DNA of 63,875 nucleotides, counting the filler, from Reticulomyxa filosa (lineage: Eukaryota > Protista > Foraminifera), in assembly GCA_000512085.1 (NCBI GenBank). It is 11 parts of 11 records of this genome, joined end to end, with 100 filler letters (N's around TTAATTAATTAA, not from the genome) between each part and the next. Parts side by side here need not be neighbours in the genome. Positions count along the whole stretch, not along the records: positions 53,493 to 54,573 come from ASPP01019679.1; positions 54,674 to 56,814 come from ASPP01013174.1; positions 56,915 to 59,945 come from ASPP01025209.1; positions 60,046 to 62,775 come from ASPP01000121.1; positions 62,876 to 63,875 come from ASPP01035647.1; 6 more parts are not named here. One strand, written 5' to 3'. This document shows, piece by piece, positions 53,700 through 63,875 of this stretch (position 1 is the first letter of the stretch; the number at the start of each line of letters is the position of its first letter). Both the position numbers and the translations under genes were made by a program. The notes beneath the pieces are model-generated. The model was given only the letters and a program-made list of their open reading frames with translations. It was not told the origin of the DNA and did not search any database.

Positions 53700-54573
53700 G
53701 GAATGAAAGCAAGAGAATGATGAAGAAGAAGAAAAAAATTAGCTTAAGGAAAGGAGAAAAGAAAACAAGATCGACGAATAGTATTTGTGATATATGAATT
53801 ATGTCAAGAAATACAATAAGTAGTGATGAATTGTATAAGAAGTATAAAGCTATTGAGAGAAGAAAGGAGATAAATGTGAATGAAAAGGATAGACACAATG
53901 CAATCCCTAAAAGACGCTGACATGTGTGTTCACCAAAGATTATGAATAATTATGGAAATATTAAATCGTAGTATATCCCCCCCCCCGTCAAGTAAGATTG
54001 GCAAAGAATGATTGCCTTATTGCTTTGAATGCATTTGAAAGAAGATCGAAGTTTTTAAAAAAAGATTATTTTTTGTCTTTCTAAGCAATTTGAATGAGTT
54101 TGTTGTTTATTGTTTTTGTTGTTACAAACAACTGGAATGCATTAAGTCCACAGAAGCATAGATGGTGGAACCGCAAATGAAAAAGAAAAGAATGCTGAAG
54201 CAAAAACTGCTGTCTTGGTGAGAACGGAAGCATCACAAAAACAGCAAAGAAAATTTGGTTTGCAAACGATATCCAGAAAATAATAATAGTATAGTGATTC
54301 TTCCATGATGAATAGCACCAACACCAGCGAATAATATCAATGGAAAAGACACATGAAAAGATTGGACCGGGAAACAATATTGGCTCGTCCACAGTATTGG
54401 GAGTACCATTTCCACTCATTCAAAAACAAATTGGTGGATCTTTTCCAAGGCAGCATGAGTCAAGAAAGTAATTGCCATTCTTTTTCACAATGCACAAACT
54501 ATCAATATCACATCTCGCCATTTCAGTAATACCTGCGTTCTCAAGGTTCACTTCGTTTCGCCAAATACACAAA
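53700..54573 (+). mobile_element. Decayed dispersed repeat (same family as 8440-8850), possibly a LINE endonuclease region
   Basis: Nucleotide similarity to 8440-8850(-). Degenerate EEP-like fragments LCQEI, YIPPP and NWNA. Confidence 0.4.
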
Positions 54574-54799
54574 NNNNNNNNNNNNNNNNNNNNNNNNNNN
54601 NNNNNNNNNNNNNNNNNTTAATTAATTAANNNNNNNNNNNNNNNNNNNNNNNNNNNNNNNNNNNNNNNNNNNNTTTTGTTGTTGTTGTTGTTGTTGTTGT
54701 TAAATAATTTATACTTTCAAAAAAGAGAAGACAATATAAATATAATATGTATATATATATATATGTATATATATAATGTTGAGGGACCTGTGTTTGTTT

Positions 54800-55419
54800 G
54801 CTGTTGCCGCAATTGCTGTAAGAAAAGAGGCATTTTGTGTATACGTTGCGTGGCATTCCATTGCTTGTGATGACAATGATTCCATTTGACTTTGGCGTTC
54901 CAAGACAAAGCGTGTATTAAACAATTATGAAGTCGCAGGAAAGGCTTTCCGATTTTGGTTCGAAATAAGTAGTCGAATTCCCATTTGCTCAGCTCGCAGC
55001 GTAAGTACCTTTGACACAAGTGCATGTACTCGGCAAAGCGAGTGTCTCCCATTTGTTGCTTGCACTGGTGCTTGAGGTCGCCAATGTCAATGGAGTGGTA
55101 CTCGATGACATTGAATTCGACGGACTTGGAGTCTGTCCAAGAATGGACCAGAGGGTCTATCGGCTCCAATGTATGTTTTGTTTCATCGTAGACAAAAGGT
55201 GACACGCATCGATTGTAGACATCGTTACTGTCATTGCTGTCCATAAAGGAATAGCGATCTACACTTGTCAATACTTCTGCGTTTTGCTTTCGAGTTTTTC
55301 TTTTGCGATTGTCATTGCCTTCTACTACTCCTACTCCTACTCCTACTCCTACTCCTCTTCCTCTTCCTCGACGACGAGAGAGAAGCCTTGGCTCACTTAC
55401 AAACATTGAGTCCATTTCA

Positions 55420-55481
<62 letters not shown>

Positions 55482-55918
55482 GTCATCATCATCATCGTTA
55501 TTGTCATACTCATTGTTGTCATTGTCATTGTTATTGTAATTGCTATTGTCATTGTCATTATCATTGATTGCATCCAAGTCCATGTCCTGTTCGCGTTTCC
55601 TTTTTTTCGGATTTGTATTCCAGTCATTGTTCTTCTTTCTCCGACTGCTCTTCCATGTGCGCTGGTTTTGTTCACTGGCGGCCATATGGTCATTCGCACT
55701 TGTCATCGTATCCGTGCCATCGTCTATTGCTTCCAAACGCTTTAACAGCTTGTCACCGTCCCTTTCATTGTCATCGCCGTTATTGTCGTTCGCATCGCCA
55801 CCGTCGCTCGTTTCAAGAGTTCCTTTGTTCGAACTGCCGCGAATTCTTGCGCCTTCTGTCCTCAATTTTTTAGTTATTACATATGCATATTTGTACAATT
55901 ACATATATGCATATATGC

Positions 55919-55958
<40 letters not shown>

Positions 55959-56814
55959 ACATATATGTATATGTATCTTATGTTGTTTATATAAGTTAAT
56001 TAGTAATAACTATTTGACACAAGCATCAAAAAAAAAAAAAAAAAAGAAGAAGAAAAAGAATGTATTGATGATATGTATTGGTAGTATGTATTTGAAAGAG
56101 AATTGTGTGTTTGGAACGTCAGTGTTTGGAAAGGCCAAAACGTCGAGAAATAGATACAATTTTCTTTGATGTTTTGTCAAACTGGTCGCGTCGCGTTGCA
56201 TTGGTTCGAGTGTTTGTGTCATCGGAATTATTACTGCTCTTTTTGTATGGCTTTGCTTTGACATTTATATGAGTTTGGTCGTACTGTTGTGTCCCTCTTT
56301 TATTTTTGCTTTTGCTCTTGCTCTTACTCTTACTCTTACTCTTGCTTTTGCTTTTGCTTTTACTTTTGCTTTTGCTCTTGCTTTTGTTTTTCGTATTATT
56401 CTTGCTTTTGTTTTTGCCTTTGCTTTTGTTCTTACTTTTGCTTTGACTTTGGTGTTTAGTTTTGCTTTGACTTTTGACATTGTTCGGTTTGTCGTCTTTG
56501 TGTTTTGTTTTGTTCATCTTTGCCTTTGCTTTCGTATTGTGTTTCGATTTGTACTTGTCGTTTTTGTCATGGCCCGCGTCTTCCGTCCACACGTCCATGT
56601 CCGAGTGCACATTGTAGTCGCTGTCACTGTCACTCTGCGGCGAATCATACGACGCCATCGTTTTGCTTACCTTTGGAAATGACAATGGTAACAACGTTGT
56701 GGTGGAAACATCGTTTTCGGCATGTGTACTTTGTTGTAGTTGTTGTTGTTGTTGCTGTTCTTCATCTTCATCATCATCATCATCATTTTCATCATCATCA
56801 TCATCATCATCATC
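54800..56814 (-). CDS. SAGA Tad1/Ada1-domain protein with long low-complexity N-terminal region (both ends truncated)
   Basis: IDIGDLKHQCKQQMG..YLRCELSKWEFD..LRLHNCLIHALSWNA matches the Tad1 pattern. Upstream poly-D, (KS)n, poly-N and (GV)n tracts. Intron ~55871-56137. Confidence 0.75.
55422..55480. repeat. (TAT)n microsatellite encoding poly-Asn on the minus strand. Other simple repeats at 20352-20386, 21010-21073, 55880-55970 and 56762-56814
   Basis: Directly visible simple repeats. Several coincide with contig ends. Confidence 0.9.
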
Positions 56815-56914
56815 NNNNNNNNNNNNNNNNNNNNNNNNNNNNNNNNNNNNNNNNNNNNTTAATTAATTAANNNNNNNNNNNNNNNNNNNNNNNNNNNNNN
56901 NNNNNNNNNNNNNN

Positions 56915-59900
56915 TGTACCTAGATACAATTGCAAATTCAAGGTAAGGAGTTGCAAAATAATTATAATGTGAATATCAATTAACCGTTGTGAGTATTGAA
57001 GATGAATTGTGCCAGTAGACGGTAACAAGTTCTCAAACGTGAAGAAAGAAAAAGATCTTATTACGCGTGCAAGTCTTTGTACAAGAATCGGTACATTACG
57101 TTTTACAGTGTCAATTGTGGTCTCGTGCGTAGATATTTTTCGTTGATATTTATATCGGATGCAACAAAGGGAGTGAAGTCAACATGTGGATGCAACGAAG
57201 CATGTGACAACACATGATTAATATGTGGAAATATTATTAATATGATCGTACTCGGATGGAGGACGCGAATATGTACAGCCAATTATTTGATTGCAAATAC
57301 GGAAAGATGCAATGAATTGATATCAACATCAAACGAATATCGTGCGGCGAGTGGGTTGAATATTATAGTATTTGTTGTCATTTTTCCGCGTGTCGAATCA
57401 CATACCGTCGAAGAATGTAGTCTCTCATTTTAATTCGGAGGCACGTTGTGGTCCATCTTCTTGTAAAATATTAGTATTGATTCGATTCGGGGTATTGAAG
57501 ACGTTTTAAATAGATTGTCGAAAAGAAATGCGCAATGCACGGAATTTACTGCCTATAATGCAGTACACAATGCACCATTTTTTCTGCATGCGTTAATTCA
57601 ACTGCTGTTCCACGGCGCTCCACTTTTTTATCAACGCTAACTATTGTACATACATGTATCGAGAATATATGGATATTTATTGATCATACTTCCGGACTCA
57701 CTCCAAATTTGTGGCCAACAGCGTGCAAGGGATTTGGTTTTATCTATTCCAATCAAGTCAGCAATGTCAAAGTTACTAGCGCAACGGATGTGGTGTGGTT
57801 ATCATTGATATGTACGGAAAAAGTCATTTTTTGGTCCTTCTCCTGTGGCTACATATTTGAACCACAAGACAGAAGACAGTAATTCAAAAGATCTTTTCCA
57901 AATGGAACATCAATTGATATGAAAGGTTTATATATTAAAAGCAATTTATTGAAAGCATCGCGTTTATTCTACTCTCAATATCGTATTTCACAAGTAGCGC
58001 GTACTTTGGTGGATCAATTTTTCAAATTCCATTGCAGACTATATTTTGACTGTTGTGCAAGCGTTGAATAAAAGAGAGATTTGAATGGATGTATCGGAAG
58101 AATGAAATTATTGAAAGTTGTTTCTGAATCCGCAGCGACAGTCCATACTATGCTTGTACCCTTCGTATCATCATCGACACGAATCCAATGCAAGACAAAC
58201 GGTAACTCTATCGGTATTCTCAACAACACATCATACAATATCTTTCCACGCCTTTGTACTATAGTTGTGAAGACGGTGCGTGTTGCGAGCTGCCAATTTA
58301 TCGTGGCAATTATAGCTATTGAAAAATCGTTTTGGAGTGTGCCAGTTTGTCGTGTTTTTCCAATTACACAGATTAATTATATTGATAGTGAATGGGCCTG
58401 TCGCACAAATGAAAACAATTGTATATCAACAAAGACCACCGGTTGCAAAGTAAATGGAGCATTATCAAACTGGTACCACAAGTGTCAAAGACAAATCGAA
58501 ACGCATATGGAGTTATGCAACAGTAATTATAGTGCTCATATCCGTTAACAATTGCAAGTATCGCAAAATTATTGAAGATGAGCAACGACAAAATTGTGAT
58601 AAGTTCTCAAGCGTGAAGAAGGGAGAATATATTTATTGTCAATGGATACGCGTGAGAGTCTTTTCTGCAGCAAGATTAGTACATTACATTTTGGCGGTTC
58701 GAGCATGGGTTATTCTTTGTTGATATTTACATCAAATGAAGTGAATTCAACCTGTGATATAACAAAGGATGTGATAACATAGTGTTGATATGTGGAAAGT
58801 TATTAGTATGATCACACTAGAATGGAGGATACGAATATATTTACCAACAGTCAAGCGAATGTCGTGTGGATTTGAGTCACGTTGTAATCCACCTTCTTGT
58901 AAAATAATGGTGTTGATTCAATTCGATGTATTAAAGACGCCGAAAAGAAGTGCACAATGCACGAAATTTACTGCTCGTAATGCAGTCTACAATGCACCAT
59001 TTTCACTTCATGCGTTTAATTCAATTGCTGCTCATTTTTTTATCAACGCCAACTATTGTGTATAAATGCATCGAGAGTATATGGATATTTGTTGGTTATA
59101 CTTCCGGACTCACTCACAAATTGCTAGCCAATCATACAACATCGCATAAAGATTTGGCTTTATCTGTGCTGACCAAGCAATGTCAAAGTTGACCAGCAGC
59201 TCGCGCACGTATTAAAGAAAAAGTCATACTCAACCAAAAGAACACACCCATCGATATCTGCAATCCAAGATTTCAACAGTTGCATCTACTGAATATTTCT
59301 ACACATTTAAACATCGCTTCCAAGACATCATACCAAGATACATGTGAATAGTCGTTGTTATATCTAATCAATCTCATTTGAAACAAATAATCCTCCAGAC
59401 AAAGACACAAAGTCAAGTTCCACAAGATCCAATATCGATTTCGAATGGAAATGCGCTAAACAAAATCTTTATCTGTGTGCAAATATAACTGGGACAACGG
59501 CAATGGTAGTCAATGGATGCCATTTTCATGTAGCGTCCAATCCAGATGAAAGCGTCAGATATTGTGAACAAGTGGTTCAAAGTAGCGTGTCAGCATAGGT
59601 AACAAGTATTCCATTGAATATTGCATCTTTGGTTGTTGTGCAAGCATTGAATACCTTCTCGATAACAAATGGTATTAGATGCTGTTCGCAGCACTTGGGT
59701 ACCTCCGGCAATGGCGCTGCTCAAATTACTTACCATCCAAATTTATGTTGTCAAAGAGAGAAAGGCATCATCACACCGACAATCGTAAATATAATCGTGT
59801 TATGAGCCCCACCATCGAAAACAAAGGATGCGATTTCCATCAACTGAATTCATTTGCGACCATGTGATTGACCAACTCTGGTAAATATCGCAATTACATT

Positions 59901-59945
59901 TCAAAAATGGATTAGCTTCGTGGTAAATCCACAAATCGATCCATA
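56915..59945 (+). mobile_element. Tandem diverged copies of a decayed repeat, probably a LINE (RT / RNase H / Zn-knuckle remnants)
   Basis: ~56960-57780 resembles ~58520-59195, and ~58025-58070 resembles ~59610-59655. Fragments ESVHYVLQC, LNHKTE, IIAIEKS and INYIDSE. Confidence 0.45.
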
Positions 59946-61070
59946 NNNNNNNNNNNNNNNNNNNNNNNNNNNNNNNNNNNNNNNNNNNNTTAATTAATTA
60001 ANNNNNNNNNNNNNNNNNNNNNNNNNNNNNNNNNNNNNNNNNNNNTTTAACCCACTGGGGGTCCCACCGTTCCGTTAGTATTTAAGGATTTAATGTAGTG
60101 ACTTTCCCTACAAATACATAAATATATTTTTAAAAATTAATATCGCAAACATTGCACAATTGTAATCTAAAATGAAAGTGAATTAATGAAAAAAATATTT
60201 AATCATATGGCAACTTATTGCATTATATATTTAAAAAAATAGAAAAGATTTTTAATATTATGTTAGTTGATTTATTTTAGATTGTAATACACAATAAGCG
60301 ATAAGCTTGAGTACGGTAGTTTGGAAAAAAAAATCACAAATACTTTATGATAACATATTTTCTCCATGAAAAACAAACTTTCATATTTATTTTTAAATAC
60401 CTTCAATTTTTTTATTATTTTATTTTAAAAATTGATGTTAAATTCTTGTGTTTTTTGTCATAATGTGATGTTCATGTAATAATTAATGTAAAAAAATATA
60501 GTTATTATTTTTTTGGTCTTTTTCTTTTTTCATAATTTAGTCGTCTTTTGTCATTTAATTGATTTAGAACAAAACTGAAAGCTTACAAGTAACATTACAA
60601 ATATATTAAAATAATCGATCACATCATTAAAAAATGAATGTTTATAAAGTAGCACATATGTTCTCCTTTTTTTGTAAACTACTGTAATTTATCCGCCTTA
60701 TACTGGACACGTAAATACAAACATATTATCTATATATGCTAGGCAAATAAAAAGAAAGCCAACGACTATTTACGGCTAATTTAATCGTAAAATCAACCCA
60801 TTATCATAACTAACGTACTTTTCAAGTGCTTAGTTCCGTTTCAGACAGGGAGGCATAATCGTTAAAAAAGTTACTAGAAATATTTCATTCACGGTTCAAA
60901 TAGACTAAATACTAAATCTAAAGTGATTGAAAACAGTTAGAAAAGCTACAACAAAGAAAGGAGTACTTGTAAGTAGCAAAGTCTTCTCTGATGTCGCTGT
61001 CATGAAACTTTTTTTTGCTATAACTCCGACATATGTTACGGGCTACATGACAAAATAGGTAAAAAAGTAA

Positions 61071-61673
61071 ATGACAGCACTTTCGGCTGCTGAGTCAAAT
61101 GAGGACATAGAACAGCCACTACATGCACCAACTAAAATTTTGGATTATTTATATCTTGGAGACAAGAGACAAGCCTACAATGAAAAATTGCTTCAGACAA
61201 TTGGAATAACCCACATATTTGCCTGCATAAGTACTTTTTTTAGTCAGGAGGACAACAAAGTAATTCAAATAAAGTGTTCACCAATGGATGATAGAGGCAA
61301 TTCAAATTTGCCATCGCATGTGGCAAAGGCAATAAAATTTGTGAAAAAAGCGCAAGAGTGGGAAGCAGAGAATAAAGTGCCAGCAAAAATTTTAGTGTAT
61401 TGCTCTTTGAGTGTAAATCGGAGCCCCTCCCTTGTGTTGGGAATATTGATGGAACTACATAAAATGACGTTGAAAGAGGCTTATAAATTTGTATCATCGA
61501 AGCACTCAAAAGTATGTATCCATGACAAGTACATGTCTCAATTGAGAGAATTTGATAAGCAGATATTTGGAGAATACTCCACAAAAGAAAATGAATTGCC
61601 GACGACATCCAGCGTTATGGCTGAAGTTGTTGCTAAATTAAGACAAAACCAACAAGATGATTCGATGGAATAG
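61071..61673 (+). CDS. Dual-specificity protein phosphatase (atypical DUSP)
   Basis: PTKILDYLYLG, GITHI, MDD general-acid loop, ILVYCSLSVNRS (CX5R), LKEAYKFV and QLREF. Confidence 0.88.
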   Translation: MTALSAAESNEDIEQPLHAPTKILDYLYLGDKRQAYNEKLLQTIGITHIFACISTFFSQEDNKVIQIKCSPMDDRGNSNLPSHVAKAIKFVKKAQEWEAENKVPAKILVYCSLSVNRSPSLVLGILMELHKMTLKEAYKFVSSKHSKVCIHDKYMSQLREFDKQIFGEYSTKENELPTTSSVMAEVVAKLRQNQQDDSME

Positions 61674-61929
61674 CCATTTTATATTCTTTTACTAAAAAAA
61701 AAGTCATTGTACTATAAAAGAACTTATTACTATTTTACTTTTCCTTTTTTTGTTTCGAATCGTAACGCAAGCTCTTTCACTTCTGAAGGTTATCTCAACA
61801 AAATTTTCATACGTGTGCCGACCTGCTACTTTTACTGTAATTTCAACATACTAGTTGTGCGTTGCATTTTCAGATACATAAATAAACGGTCTATATCTCA
61901 AGAAAAGAGAAGGGGAAAAGCAATAATAG

Positions 61930-62775
61930 GCGCCAAAACCCCTCAGTGTAAGCTCAGGAACATATAGTGAGAGGGGACTCTACACTGAGAGTTGCTGGCA
62001 CCTTTGGGGAAGACAGATGTCTTTCAAAGTCCCATTTACCGTGTTTATTGTGTTGGTGACATTAATTATTCTCCTTTGCGTAGTTTTATCTTGTATCTGC
62101 CTCGCGTTTATTTGCAATCATACTCGCAGGCAGCCTCCAACAAGTCGTGTCCCAAAAACAGCAAATATCAACAACAGTTTTGGGCACCCAATCATTTTCT
62201 TTTTCCAACAAAGAAAAGAAGAGAACTTTGTTTCAATTTTTTTTTTTGGATTGACTGGTAGAAACTAAATCAAACAATGCCACAAGAGAAAATAATTTGC
62301 CAAGCACAGAAACAACAGTGACGTTGACGGAAGCGGGCACAGCAACACATAAACAAAATAAGAGCAACAGATTGCTGGTGGAGGTAATCCATCAAGCACA
62401 CATATCACCACCTCAGAAAGAGAAGCTAATAAAAACGGGTCGAAAATCAAAAAGGAGAAGAAGTGACGAAGAAAAGGGCAAGAGTGGAATGAGAGTAGCA
62501 CGTAAACAGCATCGCCGCACGATGTCCAGTGATCTTCGATCCGCTCAGACACTCCCATTGCACACCAAGAGAAAGGCCAAGAAAAATGAAGACATGGAGA
62601 CGACGAAAGAAGACAACGACAGCAACACGACATACCCGATGCAAGTCAATCCAAATGGAATGTACCCTACATTGTACCCATCTAATATTAATGTCGTTCA
62701 TGGTACGCCATCCCCTGTTATGTCTCCTGTAATACCTCACCCTTGGCTGGTCAGTACCCCGCTATATCATCACAT
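61930..62775 (+). CDS. Hypothetical single-pass membrane protein (partial)
   Basis: TM helix FTVFIVLVTLIILLCVVLSCICLAFIC followed, after a probable intron, by a basic, Pro-rich cytoplasmic ORF. Confidence 0.4.
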
Positions 62776-62875
62776 NNNNNNNNNNNNNNNNNNNNNNNNN
62801 NNNNNNNNNNNNNNNNNNNTTAATTAATTAANNNNNNNNNNNNNNNNNNNNNNNNNNNNNNNNNNNNNNNNNNNN

Positions 62876-63875
62876 GTATGTGAGTTTCAACTAGTTGGAT
62901 AAGTTTGGATCTTTTTACCATGTTGAATGCGTTTTGAAAATTGATTCTAACAGATGTAGCTTCTGGTGTGTGCTTGGTGTGAATTAATAAAGATTTAAAG
63001 ACTTGTATGAACTGCTAGATTTCCGCTTTGACATTAATTCCAATCTGATTAGGACCGACGATGCTTTTAATTTTTTCAGCATATCTACACGTTAGAATGG
63101 CAGCAGAACGACGAAGAAGAGGATTGATAGCAATTGATCTGGGGGATAAGTCGGGCTTTGGGACTGCAATGAGGCGTGCTCCATATCCAATTGGAATTGC
63201 AGCTTCACGGATATATCCTTGACAAACAATGGTAGCTACTTTGGTCCACAATGAAATTACTTGCGACTCAGCCCGGTAATGTTGCAAATCGATGAGCAGT
63301 TGAGCGGAAAAAAGATTGTTCCCTCCAGATGAGGGTCTGCACAATCTCGTGATATATTTTTGGATGTCGTCATCTGTGATGGGTTCGGACCTTAGTTTGC
63401 TTTTGGTCTGTGGTGGGAGTACAATTAGGTTTTCGAACGGATGTTTGGAATTTAATGCATCGATAACTGCTTGTGTATATACCATTGGGGGTGAAGGGGA
63501 TAGTGATTGAAAGGCTTTGGAATATTCGCCGAGTGAAACAAAGTTAAGACAACGAGTCTGACCATTAGCTTCTGTTTTTTGCTTTGGTGGATGATTGCTT
63601 AACGTCTTTATTCTGTTTGAATGAGTAATATAATCTCGCCATAAATCGATATAGGCTCGTCTTTCTATCTTCGTATTCTCTTATTTAATGCGTTTGTATG
63701 CTTTCTACTCCTTTCAGGTACCCAGAGGAGTAGACGAGTGAGAAGCATCCACTTGGACCAGGCAGTGTCAATAATTTCACGTAGGCAAGAAGTTGTCACT
63801 GATATAAAGGCTGAACGGACGTTGCGAGGAATTCTCGGGATGATTTTGGCAGGAAGCGTTGCTATTGTAGCTGTT
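62876..63875 (-). mobile_element. Degenerate CRE-clade non-LTR retrotransposon ORF (pre-RT and RT domains 0-3)
   Basis: IPRNVRSAF, AWSKWMLLTRLLL, SLGEYSKAFQSL, LNSKHP, ARLIAVPKPDLSPRSIAINPLLRRSAA, GPNQIGI and INFQNAFN. In-frame stops and frameshifts. Confidence 0.82.

Noticed and set aside
55265-56870. Plus-strand ORFs with poly-Tyr, poly-Leu, (FA)n and poly-His
   Set aside because: Antisense translations of microsatellite-like codon runs in the minus-strand Tad1 gene.
6600-62875. Recurring TTAATTAATTAA flanked by Ns as a biological repeat or CRISPR-like array
   Set aside because: Identical 100-nt scaffolding linkers with six-frame stops; an assembly artefact.
1-63875. tRNA, rRNA or alternative genetic code
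   Set aside because: No recognisable RNA gene. Long ORFs and conserved genes read and terminate normally with the standard code.

Overview
AT-rich, intron-containing eukaryotic DNA. It is 11 unlinked contigs joined by ten artificial 100-nt spacers (N44-TTAATTAATTAA-N44), so genes on opposite sides of a spacer are not genomic neighbours. Gene content and intron style suggest a protist, plausibly a rhizarian or foraminiferan such as Reticulomyxa (inference). Recognisable conventional genes: CYP86-clan P450, NKAPD1-like, TM9SF, eIF4E, ATG1 C-terminus, SKP1, D-lactate dehydrogenase, MAPEG protein, transportin-3/Mtr10, AGMO, Tad1-domain protein and a DUSP. There are also several decayed non-LTR retroelements, including a CRE-clade reverse transcriptase. 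Three candidates stand out. (1) An intronless NLR-like receptor: Zn-finger / RelA-SpoT-like nucleotidyltransferase / NACHT / pentapeptide / 14 near-identical WD40 repeats with hypervariable surface positions. (2) A multi-exon cellular RdRP homologue that lacks the catalytic DxDGD motif. (3) A PUB-like protein fused to a toxin-type ADP-ribosyltransferase domain. Many introns carry paired T-runs and A-runs instead of a 3' polypyrimidine tract. All calls come from motif recognition by eye; no searches were run.
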